Below are positions 24,956 through 37,587 of a DNA stretch of 64,000 nt, piece by piece (the stretch's first letter is position 1; each line of letters begins with the position of its first letter). The stretch is from Rebecca billardiae RCC1528 (Eukaryota; Protista; Haptophyta). The translations under genes and the position numbers were made by a program. Location: contig OZ251228.1 of NCBI GenBank assembly GCA_965240325.2, forward strand, positions 372,001 to 436,000, written 5' to 3'. A model generated the notes under the pieces. The model did not search any database. It worked only from the letters and a program-made list of their open reading frames with translations, and was not told where the DNA came from.

Positions 24956-26218
24956 ATGAGCACCGACGCGCCACCCCCACCGCCGCCGGCGCCTGAGGGC
25001 GCGAGCGCGGCTGTGCCGGGAGGCATTGCATCGGGCGCGCAGGACAAGACCGCCGGTGGGCGGGGACGCCGCCCGCGCACGGGCCGAGGTGGCGGGCGCG
25101 GGCGCGGCGGCCGTGGGGGACGCGGCGCGCACGGCGCGGCTGACGCGGCCGACGGTGCGGCCGGTGCAGGGGGCGACGTGGCGAACGGTGTCGAGGGCGC
25201 GAGCACGACCGAGCATGCTGGCCGCGGCGGCGGCCGCGGCCGCGGTGGTGGCCGCGGCTCAGGGACGGGCGGCGGAGGGCGAGGCGGCGGCGGTGGTGGC
25301 GGCGGCGGCGGTGGCGGGGCGAAGCTGCAGGGCGCGTGCAAGGTGTCGGCCGAGTCGGACATTCAGAAGGTGTCGGGCTACATCGCGGCGGGCATCCGCT
25401 CGGGCAACCCGCCCGCCGTTCTCGCCATCTCCGACCTGGCCGTCAACAAGGCCGTGAAGGCGCTCGCTCTCGCTCGCAACTTCCTCGCGACGGACCGGCT
25501 CGACCTCGTGGCGCAGCCGCGCTTCCCCGAGTACGACAAGAACCAGATGACGGCGAATATGCAGCTCGACCTGCAGGCGAGGCAGGCGCGGATCTCGCTC
25601 GAGCACAAGGTCGACACCTCGATGTGCGTCAGCCAGCACTCGCTGCCGAACGCCGTCGCGGGCGCGATCGCGTCGACGGCGCGCGAGGGGAAGCACGTGG
25701 CCAAGCTCTCGGCGATGGGGCCGCAGGCTGTGCTGCGGTGCGCGCCGCGGCGGCTCCCTCGTCGCGCGCGCGCGGGGTGCGCGGCGTGCCCCGGGGACCC
25801 GCTCCCCCCGTCCGCTCTCCTGCGTGGCGCGGCGTTGGGCGCACGCACCGGCGCGCCACCCCGACTGAGCCATCGACGCGAGCGTGACATGATGCGCCGC
25901 CCCCGCCGTCTCCCGCCCTCTCGCCCTCGCAGGACGGTCAAGTCGATCTTCCTCGCGCGGCGCTACCTCGAGGCGAACCGCCTGGACCTCTCCTTCGTGC
26001 CCGAGTTCTCGGACTCAGACCAGGGCCTCACTGTGATGAACTTCTATGTGCTCGCGCACGCGCCGCGCGCGGAGGCGGCCGGCGAGGGCTCGGCCGCGCC
26101 AGGCACGGCCGCGGCGCCGTCGGCACCCGCGGCAGCGGCCTCTTCGGAGCCCGCCGCCGCCGCCGAGGCGAGCGCCACGCCGACTGCGCCCGAGGCGGCG
26201 ACGGCGGAGAGCCAATGA
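24956..26218 (+). CDS. RGG-rich protein with two tandem SpoVS (Alba-like fold) domains, one 195-bp intron (25738-25932)
   Basis: KVSAESDIQKVSGYIA..LAISDLAVNKAVKALALARNFL..LDLVAQPRF and VSQHSLPNAVAGAIA..AMGPQAVLR|TVKSIFLARRYL..LDLSFVPEF both match the SpoVS consensus (KVS..S.PNSVAGALA..AIGAGALNQAVKA.AIAR.F). Confidence 0.85.
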   Translation: MSTDAPPPPPPAPEGASAAVPGGIASGAQDKTAGGRGRRPRTGRGGGRGRGGRGGRGAHGAADAADGAAGAGGDVANGVEGASTTEHAGRGGGRGRGGGRGSGTGGGGRGGGGGGGGGGGGAKLQGACKVSAESDIQKVSGYIAAGIRSGNPPAVLAISDLAVNKAVKALALARNFLATDRLDLVAQPRFPEYDKNQMTANMQLDLQARQARISLEHKVDTSMCVSQHSLPNAVAGAIASTAREGKHVAKLSAMGPQAVLRCAPRRLPRRARAGCAACPGDPLPPSALLRGAALGARTGAPPRLSHRRERDMMRRPRRLPPSRPRRTVKSIFLARRYLEANRLDLSFVPEFSDSDQGLTVMNFYVLAHAPRAEAAGEGSAAPGTAAAPSAPAAAASSEPAAAAEASATPTAPEAATAESQ

Positions 26219-26909
26219 CAGCACGCCGTGCTCGGTGCGACAACAGGCGGCGCCCGGCCGAGCTGCCACCGCTGCCGGCGCGCTAGCTGCCCAGCGGCGA
26301 AGCGGCGTGGTGCACAGAAGCCGCCGTGTCACACGCCCTTGCGCTTCTTGTCGCGGCGGCACCGCCCGCGGCACGCCGCTAGGGTCGTGCCCCCGCGCCC
26401 CACGAGCGCACGCCGAGAACCAAGTTTAGACCGTCTTCCCTCTTCTCCTCTTCTTCTCCTTCGATTCTCTTCTCTCACGCTCCGCGCGGGCTGCCCTCGT
26501 GGCGCCGTGCGGAGACATTGTCGTGCTTACAGCTGAGGCCATGCCACCCCCGGGCCAATGCACGAGCACAGGAGCGCAGGCGAACAGGGGCGCACGCCTG
26601 CCCTCCGGCCTCTGCCCGCGTCGGGGGTTGTGAGGCGCTCCTCAGAGCGCTGGCCCCGATGATCGCGTTACAAAGTCGCGGGTCGGGAAGAAGGGGCACC
26701 CCACTCTACTCTCTTGTTAGGGTAGTGCCCCTGTCGTCATATATCATGCATGGGCAGAGGGCGCCTAAGAGGCTGCCAGCCACAAGCCTATCTCTGCGCG
26801 GGGAAGGGGACGGAGGCCACGGAGGGGACCGACCGGGTGACCGACCGTCACCGTCCAGGCCGAGTGAGACTGAGGCACTCCAGGCCGGAGGCGGCCCGGC
26901 GGGACGGGG

Positions 26910-27869
<960 letters not shown>

Positions 27870-28012
27870 ATATATATATATAACGCCGGGGGCGGGAGGG
27901 GCGCTGGCTCATGGCTGGTAGTGGTACATGGTACGCACCCAGCGCACGCCTTGCCGGTTGCCCTTATTGGCTCCCGGAGCGCCAATTATTTGCGAAAGCG
28001 TCAGCATTCAGC

Positions 28013-28777
28013 ATGGCTTCCGCCCCGTTGGTCATCGCCCATAGGGGCTGGAGCGGGCACGGGGCGCAGCACGGTGAGAACACCCTGCCAGCCTTCGCGG
28101 CGGCGATCGAGGCCGGCGCAGACGCCGTCGAGTGCGACGTGCACCTCTCGGCGGACGGCGAGGTCGTCGTCATTCACGACGAATCCGTCAACCGTACGAC
28201 GGACAGCACGGGCCGTGTGGACGCGCTCACCGTCGCACAGCTTGGCGCACTCGACGCAGGCGGCGGCGCTCCCGTGCCCACGCTGGCGAGCTTACTCGAG
28301 CTGATCGCTGGCCGCTGCACGCTTTTACTGGAGCTCAAGACCAGGGAGACGGCCAAGGCCACGCTGCACGAAGGCCTTGCGCGCAAGGTCGGCGCGCTCA
28401 TTGCAACGCACACGGCCGAGCCGTGGGTGATCGTGCAGAGCTTCGACGCCCGCTACTTGCACGAGCTGCGCCCGCTGTCGCCCATGCTGCGGCTCGGGCT
28501 CCTCGTCTACCCCTGGCGCCTCGTCTGGGACTACTCCGTGCTCGAGAGCAATGCGAGCGTGGCTCCCATGTGTGTGAACCCAAGCCACCTCCGCTGCACG
28601 CGCTCGCTCGTGAGCGGTCTGCATGCGCGCGGTGTGAAGGTCTTCTGCTGGACAGTGGACTCGGAGGCGGCGATGGACAAGGCGATGCGCGCGGGCGTGG
28701 ACGGGGTCATCACGAACCGCACTGATCTGGGCATCCGGGCGCGCGAGCACTTCGTGAGCACGACTCCAGCAGCATGA
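28013..28777 (+). CDS. Glycerophosphodiester phosphodiesterase (GDPD, UgpQ/GlpQ-like), intronless
   Basis: VIAHRG..ENTLPAF..GADAVECDVHLSADGEVVVIHD..NRTT; LLELK; VQSFD; WTVD; GVDGVITN. Confidence 0.93.
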   Translation: MASAPLVIAHRGWSGHGAQHGENTLPAFAAAIEAGADAVECDVHLSADGEVVVIHDESVNRTTDSTGRVDALTVAQLGALDAGGGAPVPTLASLLELIAGRCTLLLELKTRETAKATLHEGLARKVGALIATHTAEPWVIVQSFDARYLHELRPLSPMLRLGLLVYPWRLVWDYSVLESNASVAPMCVNPSHLRCTRSLVSGLHARGVKVFCWTVDSEAAMDKAMRAGVDGVITNRTDLGIRAREHFVSTTPAA

Positions 28778-28789
28778 GCAATAATTCAG

Positions 28790-29275
28790 CAAAGTGCCAA
28801 AGAGGCAGTTTACCTACGCGACGTCATCAGCGATATTCTCAATATTCCCAAGACTCCCATTGTGATCCATGAGGACAACAAGGGGGCGATTGATCTCTAC
28901 TCAAAGAACAGCATCATCCATCATAAGCGCACCAAGCACATAATCGACGTACGTCACGTACGACAGTCGACACCATTTTATATTCGAGATTGTGTCGACC
29001 TTGGTGCCGCCATGGGGACCAACATCAACGCGCTCACACCACTGCCACTGCTGCAAGCTTCGACCAGTACCACTACAGACGAATCAGGAGAGCTGCGCCC
29101 TCGTGCCTGTGTCTTTAAATCATATAGAATTAGCAGTCAACATATACGTACATAACCAAGTTACACACATCGGAAAACATCGCCGATTGTCTTACCAAGG
29201 CGCTACCCAAGGACACGTTGCAAATTTCCGAGACATCATGGTTACACCAGTTCGGCGAATTGCGAGTAGGGGGCG
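28790..29275 (+). pseudogene. Degenerate Ty1/Copia RNase H fragment followed by polypurine tract
   Basis: AKEAVYLRDVISD..IHEDNKGAIDL..HHKRTKHIIDVR..FYIRDCV, then after an insertion ENIADCLTKALPK; GAGTAGGGGGCG directly precedes TGTCA at 29276, the probable start of a 3' LTR whose end was not resolved. Confidence 0.85.
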
Positions 29276-29645
29276 TGTCAAACTCAAAAGCCCAAGGCAG
29301 CCATTGGCGCCATACGCGCCATTCCCCAGCTCGAGGTTTCAATCTCAAGGCGCTGCGAGCAATTCTAAGCAGCGCCACCATGGTGAGGCTTTAACATTCC
29401 AGGCTGAGGCTGCCAGCATGAGCCATGGGCCCAGTGGTGCAGTGTGACAGCCGTGTGCGCATGATCCGTCACTCCGTGCAGCAGCCCGGGCAGCGCGAAA
29501 TTTTCTGATTCACGATGACTTACGACTATAGCAGCTAGCAGTAGTCATCGTCATGACGATTGAAGTAGTCAATATAATTAATATACTGTACGCGTACTAC
29601 TGGAACTACTGCTAGTTATATATATATATATATAATATATAGCGC

Positions 29646-29647
29646 TA

Positions 29648-29697
<50 letters not shown>
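29646..29697. repeat. (TTA)n microsatellite, target of family A copy A4
   Basis: Resumes in phase at 31438-31452. Confidence 0.9.
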
Positions 29698-29698
<1 letters not shown>

Positions 29699-31437
29699 GG
29701 CCCGCGGTGCAGGGCGGAGCGCGCAGCGTGGAGCCCGCTCCGTGGGCCCTAACCACGTTTCAAAAAGATCTTTGATCAAAGAAAAAAGGGATGGGCCATG
29801 GGGGACGATTTTCAGGGCTGGAGGAGACCGAGTTTCGAATTTTGAGACCGCAAGAGATCCATTGCAGCGAGAAATGGACGCGTCCGCTCTTTTGATAGTC
29901 AGAGGAATCAACGAAACCCACGTCCAAGTGTGCGAGGGTGGGTAATTGTGGGTAGACCGTGACCATAGTAAATAAGCACATGACCATAGTAAAACAAGCA
30001 TAGTCAGTTAACAGGCCTCGCTGCCGCTACTAGGCGCGCGCCAGACACGGAGCGCGCGCACCAGTTGCGTCGCGCTGCGCACGGAGCATGCGCGACGAGA
30101 TCGCGGCGGGGGCGGCGAGATCGCGGCGGGGGCGACGGGCAACAGCCTGCCCGCGGGCGCGTTCGTCACTCGAGGAGCAGCGCGCAAGGGCGAGCCGAGT
30201 CCGGAGCACGCGAGCTCGTCGCTCGCCGCCCGGAGCAGAGCGACCGCCGAGCAGAGCGGCGCGGCAAAGCTGATGAGCCGGATGCGCCCGGAGCTCGCGC
30301 GGCTGAAGGGCGAGCTCAAGCACGCGAGCTCGCGCCTCGACGCTGAGCGCGAGCTCCTCCTCAACTCGGTCGACGGCGGCGCGGAGGTGCAGCAGCGTGA
30401 GGACGAGCAGGAGCATCAGTGAAACGCGCGCCGGTTCCGGGTCGCGCAGCGGCGCCCAGCTGCCTGCACGCGAGCGGCGGCCACGTGGCGCGAGGAGCTG
30501 CGTGGGGAAATCGCCGCGCGCGTCGACGCGGCGATCACCGGGCTGCAGGCCTCGGCAATCGACGCGGTGCGCACCCTCGCCGCCAGCCGCGACGACTCCG
30601 CCGTCGAGCTGCAGCAGCTGCGCGCGCAGATGCCAGAAGTGCCGATGGGCGGCGGCGTTACCCGCGGCGTATCAGCAGGCTGACGTGCACGAGCACGTGA
30701 CACGCGGAGGCGCTAGGCGCCAAGCTGGCGAAGTGCGGCGCCGAGCTCGACGAGCTGAGCGACGCGGCAACGGACGCGCTGGGCGCCCGCGCTGCCATCG
30801 TCGCGGCGCCCTCCAGCAGCTCGAGCAGCTGTGGATAGATGGCTGTCGAGGCGACCGCGGGTGTGACTCACAGTGTGAGTGAGTCGCGCGCGGCTCAGCC
30901 TGCCGCTGGCAGCCGCCGTCTTCGAGGCCGACGCGGCGGAGGAGGCGGCGGGCGAGCACGGCGGCGCGGTGGAGCAGGCGCGCACGCGCGGCGGCAGGCG
31001 CGACGCGCCGCTCACCTCGTTCCACCGCCCCGAGCTCCGCTCGGTCGGTCTCGGTGCGAGGCTGCGCAGCCGGCAGGCCGGGGCCAGCAGTGGCGCGCGC
31101 TCTCGCTCTGCCGGCACGAGCGACCAGCGGCCCGTCGTCGAGCGCATGGCGCAGGGCGAGTACCTCAAGCAGGCGCGCCCGCTCGCGCGCACGCGCCGGC
31201 TCGCGCCGCGCCAGCGCCTCTCGCCCTGCCTGCGCGCGCGCGCCGGCCGCTAGTCCCCGCGGCGGCCCGCGGCGACAGTCCTCGGCCCGCCGGCCCGGTG
31301 GGCGGCAGTGACTGAGTTGGCGGTGGCAGCTCAGGCGAACTGTTACACATGTCAGACTGAGACAGCAGCCGACGGAGGGTGCACCGCGGGCCCCGAACTA
31401 CGTTCGTTCTACGGAAAAAGACCGCGGAACGCGGTCA
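29698..31437 (+). mobile_element. Family A element carrying different cargo (A4)
   Basis: TGGCCCGCGGTGCA at 29698 with ~280 bp homologous to the A1/A2 5' end; perfect 13-bp partner TGCACCGCGGGCC at 31380-31392; hairpin GACCGCG-GAA-CGCGGTC at 31420-31436; (TTA)n on both sides. Confidence 0.85.
30013..31315 (+). pseudogene. Decayed coiled-coil gene fragment inside A4
   Basis: Host-like codon usage in broken frames (KLMSRMRPELARLKGELKHASSRLDAERELLLNS; WREELRGEIAARVDAAITGLQ; VERMAQGEYLKQ) with stops and frame changes. Confidence 0.55.
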
Positions 31438-31575
31438 TTATTATTATTATTACAGCAGTAGTATATGTCTATAGCCTCTGATGATCATGGACATGATGAG
31501 ATTGCGCACTCGAGCAACTCGAGGTCAGTAACTCGAGCTCTGCCGAGCAGAATATACGCGGGCGACCAGTCGCCG

Positions 31576-34500
31576 TCATGACGCTGCCAATGCCGACGAT
31601 GATGTGCTGGGACCGCCCGCGCCCGCGCCGCCGCCCGGCGCCCTTGCGCTCCCGCCCGCGCCCGCCTCCGCGCCGCCGCCCCCGAACGCCACCGCGTACA
31701 CGTCCTCGTACGTCTTTGCAAAGTGCACCTCCAGCCCCTCCCGCAGGTTCTCCGGCAGCTCGAGGAAGTCCCTCTGGTTGGCATCGGGCAGGATGATGTG
31801 GCGCACGCCGGCGCGCTGCGCGGCGACCACCTTCTCCTTCACGCCGCCGATGGGCAACACGATGCCGGTGAGCGACACCTCACCCGTCATCGCCACGTTA
31901 GGCCGCACGGGCCTGTCGAGCGCGAGCGAGAGCAGAGAGGTGACCATGGTGCAGCCGGCGGACGGGCCGTCCTTGGGCGTCGCGCCCTCCGGTACGTGCA
32001 TGTGCAGCGACGCGCGGTCAAGGAAGTCGTTCTTCGGGTCGATCGCGCGCGCGAAGCGGCGCGCGAGCGTGTGCGCGATGCGTGACGACTCCATCATCAC
32101 ATCGCCCAGCTTGCCCGTCGTCTGCAGCGTCGCGCCGCCGCCCGCTCCCCCCCGCCCGCCGCGCGGGCGCTGCGCCGCGTCGCCGTCGCCGTCGTCGGCG
32201 TTCGACCCACCGTCACCGCCGTCGCCGTCGGCGTAATCGTCGTCGTCCGCGCCCGCGGGCCGCGTGCGCACGGGCGTGCCGCTCTCGACGGTCTCGACGT
32301 ACAGCACAGTGCCGCCCATCGACGTCCACGCCAGCCCCATCACCACGCCCGGCGGCGTCGCGTCCGAGTAGATGCGGTCGGTGTGCCACTGCGGCTTGCC
32401 CACGTACGACTCGAGGTTGGCCTCGTCAATCCGGATGGGCGTGGGCGCGGTCTGCTTCACGACCTTGAGGGCCACCTTGCGGCAGATTTTCTCCGTGTGC
32501 TTCTGCAGGTTGCGCACGCCCGCCTCGCGGCAGTACCAGCGGATCAGCTGTAGCGCGGCCGAGTCGGCGAGGTCCTGCGAGGGGCGCGCGCGGGCCGCCG
32601 GGGTGGCGGGGTGGCGGGGCGGAGGGCGCGCGTGAGCGCGGGCGCGGGCGCGCAGACCCACTAGCACCGCCCCGGCCAACGGTGCGGCCGCCGCCGCCCC
32701 GCACAATGTGCTCAGGCTTGAGCCCCATCGAGTCTCGCGCGGTCGGGAACAGGTACTGCTTCAGAATGGCGAGCTTCTCATCCGTGACGTAGCCGCCGAG
32801 CCTCACGACCTCCATCCGGTCGAGCAGCGGGCCGGGGATGGTGTCGGTCATGTTCGCCGTGCACAGGAAGAGCATCTTGGAGAGGTCCACCTGCGGCGGC
32901 AGGCGGCGGGGCGGCGGGGCGGCGGGGCGGCGGGGCGGCGGGGCGGCGGGGCGGCGGGGCGGCAGGGCGGCGGGGCGGCGGGGCGACGGCGCGGAGCCGC
33001 AGGGCCGCGGGGGAGCGAGGGCCCGGCTGCGTGCGTGAGCACGACGCGCGCCCGCGCCCAGCCGTGCGCGCGCGCGCGGCCCGCGCGCGCGACCCGTGCG
33101 CGCGGCCTCGTCGCCGGGCGGGGCGCGCACGCGCCGCCGGTCGGCATGGCCAAGCGCGCGCGCGCGCGGCCGCGCCGGGCGCACGCGCATGCGCACGCGC
33201 ATGCGCGGCGCTGGCGCCTCCTGCTGCCCCCTCTCTCGCGCTCGCTCGCTCGCTCGCCCCCTCGCTCGCTCGCTCGCTCGCTCGCTCGTGCGCGGGCGTG
33301 CACGCACGCACCGGCGTGTCCAAGTAGTGGTCGACAAAGGTCTGGTTCTGGGAGGGGTCGAGCACCTCAAGCAGCGCAGAGGCCGGGTCGCCGGAGAAGC
33401 CGCGGCCGAGCTTGTCGATTTCGTCAATCATCACCACGGGGTTGGACGTGTTCGTCGCCTTGAGGCACTGGATCAGCTTGCCCGGCATCGCGCCGACGTA
33501 CGTGCGCCGGTGCCCCTTGATCTCGGCCACGTCGTGCAGCCCGCCGACCGAGAAGCGGTAGAACTCGCGGTCGAGCGCCTTCGCGATCGACTTGCCGATG
33601 CTCGTCTTGCCTACGCCCGGGGGGCCGACAAAGCAAAGGATCTTGCCCTGCGTGCTGCCCACCAGGTTGCCCACCGCGACGAACTCCATGATCCGCTCCT
33701 TGATGTCCTGCGGAGGGCGGGGGCAGCGGGCGGGCGCAGCGGGCAGGGTTGCGGGCGGGGGGCCAGCGGGCGAGGGGGGCAAGGGGCGCGTGCTCAGAGC
33801 GCGCAGCCACGGGCCTTTTCGCGCGCCGCGCGGCGCCGCGCGGCGCGCCGCCGCCACGGCCACGGCCGATCGGCGCTCTGAGCACGTGCACGCGGCCGAG
33901 GCCAGCCGGGCACGAGCGGAGGCCAGCTGGGCACAAGCGGCCGCGCTCGCGCTCGCGCGCCGCGTTGCCGGCGCGCGCATCTCGCGCGCGCCGGCCGCGC
34001 TCGCGCGCGCGCGCCGCGCCGTCGGCGCGCGCATGCACACACGCACCTCCATGCCGTAATGGTCCTCGTCCAGCACGCGCGCGGCGCGCTCGAGGTCGAG
34101 GTTCTCGTGCGAGAAGATGCCCCATGGGAGGATCGTCAGCCAGTCGAGGTAGTTCCGGGTCGTGTTGAACTCAGCGGACGTGTTCTCCAGCGACTGTGCG
34201 CAGCGCGCGCGGTGTGCGCGCGGTGTGCGCGGGCGGGCGCGCGCGTGCGGTGCGCAGCCGGGCGGCGACGCGCGGTCAGCGGGGCGGGCGCGGCGGGTGC
34301 GCGGCGCCGAGATCTCGTCCCCTGCCGCGGCCACCTCGCGTGCGCGACGAGTGCACCGCGGCTGCGCGCACCTGCAGCTTGTTCTTCTCCTCCTCGATCA
34401 CGCGCTTGGCCTCCTCCGGCACCGTCTTGCCCTGCGGCAGGGCGGCAGCAAGGCCGGGCGGCGCGGCAGCGGCGCGGCGGCGCGGCGGCGGCGCGGCGGC

Positions 34501-36311
34501 GGCGACAGCGTGAGCGCGGGGCGGCGAGCGGGCATGCGGCGGTGCGCGAGGCGCGCGCCGCGCGCGGGCCCCCGCGCCTGCCTGGTGCCGGCCAGCCGCC
34601 CGGGTGCCGGCCAGCCGCCCGGGTGCCGGCCAGCCGCCCGGGTGCCGGCCAGCCGCCCGGGTGCCGGCCAGCCGCGCGGCCGCGCGCGCTCGCTCGCACC
34701 TGCAGCCGCTCGTCGAATTTGTTGATGAGCATCTCCTTGTCGTCCTTCTCCATGCCCAGCTCCTTCTTGATCTGGCGCAGCTGCTGCCGCAGGATGTAGT
34801 TGCGCTGGTCGGCCGAGAGCTTCTCCTCGGCCTGCCTCGAGATCTTGGACTGCACGCGCGAGAGCTCGAGCTCCTTCTTGAGCAGCTCGAGCGTCTTGCG
34901 CAGCCGTGACTCCACGTTGGTCTCCTCCAGGACCTCCTGCAGCGCCTCGCCGTCGCCGGTCGTCACCGCCGCGCCCATGTCGGCGAGCGTGGACGGGTTG
35001 TTCATGTCGACGCGGTCGAGGAAGATCTGCATCTGCTCCTTGAAGAGCGGGTTGAGCTTCACGATCTGCTTGATCGTCGAGACGATCTCGAGCGTGTACG
35101 CCTTTCGGTGATTGGACGACTCCTCGAGCGCGCGGCGCGCGCGCCGGCGGCGGAACGGCGTCGTGGTGGGGCTGCTGTTGCCTGCTGAGCCCGCCGAGTC
35201 CGCGTCGGCCGCGTCAGCGTCGCCGGCCGCGCGCACCGTGGCGGGCCCGTGCAGCGAGTCCTTGAGCAGCTTCACCTTGACGCGGAGCACGGGGCTCGTC
35301 TCCACCACGCTCTCGATCGCCACGCGCCGCTTCCCGTACAGCAGTGCGTGCACGCCCTGGCCTGGGCCGAGTGGCATCACGCGCGCAATCGACGCGAGGC
35401 AGCCGATCTTGTGGATGCCGTCTGTGGAGGCGAGGAGCTCGGTGTCGTGCGCGCCGCCGCCGTCGTCGTCGGCGCCCGGCGCGCCGGCGGGGTGCGCCCC
35501 CGCCGCGCCGCCGCCCGCCGCGGCCTCCGCCTCTTCGCTCGCGCCGTGTGAGAGGAACACGCCGATGAACGGGTTGTTCGAGTCCGCCGCCTTCATCAGC
35601 GCCTCGACGAGCTCGTGGTTGCGGATGAGGACGGGGTACGCGATGCCTGCGCGCCGGCGGCGACGGGCGGCGCGCGCGGGCGGGGCGGGGGCGATGGTCG
35701 GACCGCGCACTCGACCGCAGGGGCCGCGGCCACGCTCTGCTCGCCCCACGCAGCAGGTGAGATGCGCGCACGCGCGTGCGACGCGCGCGTGCGCACCTGG
35801 GAAGAGCGGACGAGCGGTCGTGGGCAGCGCGATGAAGCCGAGCGCGGTATCGATCTCCTCAGGCTCGCCGTACTTCACGATGGCTGCCCAGCGCGCGCGC
35901 GCGCGGCGAGGCCGCAGGCTCAGCTCGGCGGACGCATGGCACTGTCGCGCACGCATGCCGTCGGCGCGCGCGCCGCGCCCGCCGCTCACCCGAGTCGCCC
36001 GAGGTGCTCTCGGCGTCGGTGGCAGCGCCATCCGCATTCTTGGCGCTCGCGTCCTCGCCCGCGTCGTCCCCCTCGCCCCCCTGCGACAGCCGCGCACGCA
36101 CGCGCGTGCGCGCGCGAATCGTCGCGTGAGCGGCAATTACGCGCATGCGGCCGCGAGGTGGGCAGGTGGGACGCGGTCGGGCTCCACGCACCGAGGGCTT
36201 GGATGCACACAGCCGCACGGCCGTGCCCGCGCTCGTCCACGGTGGCCGCCACAGCGTCGTGACGCGGCGAGACGTCGCCGCGCCGTGTTGGCGGACGATG
36301 CGCGCCAGCAT
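31576..36311 (-). CDS. LON: Mitochondrial Lon protease (LONP1/PIM1), about 9 exons
   Basis: Arg-rich presequence MLARIVRQH; LON N domain (RPLFPG); Walker [10 protein letters not shown]; [15 protein letters not shown]; Walker B MIDEIDK; PKDGPSAG catalytic Ser; IGGVKEK; GT-AG introns explain the frame changes. Confidence 0.95.
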
Positions 36312-36554
36312 TGATCGTCCAGACGCGCCAGTCCCGTGCCGGCGAGTTCGGAGCTGGAAGGCTGTGCAGCCACCTACGAAAGTGGGTACTCAGGCTGCTT
36401 CCGATGCATCGGGCATGCATGTTGAATGTTTCGGTGATGTTGCCCCCGTGCTGTCCGGCCGTGAGCTCGGCGGCTTTCAGCTTGCAGTGCTCGGGCCAGC
36501 CGCCCAAGCCACCCATCCCAGCTTCGTGCTTGCACGACATCAGGCAGCGTGCGC

Positions 36555-37139
36555 ATGCGCGCGGCGCGGACGGCGGCAGCGGTGGTGGGCGGCGGCGTGG
36601 CGGCGGTGGGCGCGCTCGAGCTCTTCACCGGCCCGTTCCCCTTCGCCCTCTCCGTGCTCCCCTCCGCGGAGGACGACGCATACTGCGTCGCTCTGCCTGT
36701 GCACGTGCTGGCTCCCGGCATGGTGCAGCGGCGCGCGGCGTCCAACTATGCCAAGGTCGACGAGGACGCGGCGCGCGCGCAGCTGCTGCGCGTGGTGCAG
36801 GTGGGCTCAGCATCGATACCGGCACGGCTCCTCGGCCTGCGCGACGTGCGCGAGGAGCAGCCCGCGCCGGCCGAGCAGCCGCCGCCGCGCGGCGTCATGG
36901 CCTCGAGCGCGCAAGGCGTCGCCGTGCGCGCGTGGGCGACGGTTCAGGAGCCGAGGTGGGTCGGCGACGAGCACCTGATGGTGCTCAGTGTCTCGCCGCG
37001 GTGCGGGCTGGACAAGCCTGTGCAGCGCTACGCGTCGCTCTGCCTGCTCAGGCAGTGCGCGGAGGGCATGTGCGCTCCGGCGGGCTCGCAGTCGCACGCG
37101 CAGGGCGGCCGCCCAGGGCCCTACAGACTCGCTCCGTGA
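36555..37139 (+). CDS. Hypothetical protein, divergent from Lon
   Basis: GC3-rich codon usage, hydrophobic N-terminus, followed by an AT-richer 3' region; no family recognised. Confidence 0.55.
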   Translation: MRAARTAAAVVGGGVAAVGALELFTGPFPFALSVLPSAEDDAYCVALPVHVLAPGMVQRRAASNYAKVDEDAARAQLLRVVQVGSASIPARLLGLRDVREEQPAPAEQPPPRGVMASSAQGVAVRAWATVQEPRWVGDEHLMVLSVSPRCGLDKPVQRYASLCLLRQCAEGMCAPAGSQSHAQGGRPGPYRLAP

Positions 37140-37587
37140 AATTGAATACCCGTGGTCTCACTGTCGTCGTCTGCGCGGATATGGCATGGCCACTGCTGGT
37201 GGTAATAATGCGCATATACACACACACATATGTATACACACTGCTACTGCATCAATGTTCAGTCCAGTACTGACACTCAGTGTCATTGCGCCTTCAGACG
37301 TGAGAGTGCGGAGTGGCGCGAGTCGCCGCCAGACCAGCCACTAGCCAGTCGCGCCGCCAGCTGATCAGCGACAGCGCCGCTCCGTCTGAGGCGGCGCCGC
37401 CCGCCGGCTGGCGCCGCCCGAGCCACCCGGGCGCGGTGACGACGACGACGCGCCGCGCGCAGCGCCACGCAGCCCGAGCCTGCACAGCAGAGGCCACGCC
37501 CGCCATCCTGCCCACCCCCAAACCCAAACGAGCGCGCGCGCGGCGCTGCGCCAGGCCGGTCCGCCTAGCCCTGGGCCTGGGGCTGGG

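Noticed and set aside
34582-34676. CRISPR-like or regulatory repeat array
   Set aside because: It is a spacer-less 19-bp intronic minisatellite; no CRISPR array, tRNA or rRNA gene was recognised in the window.
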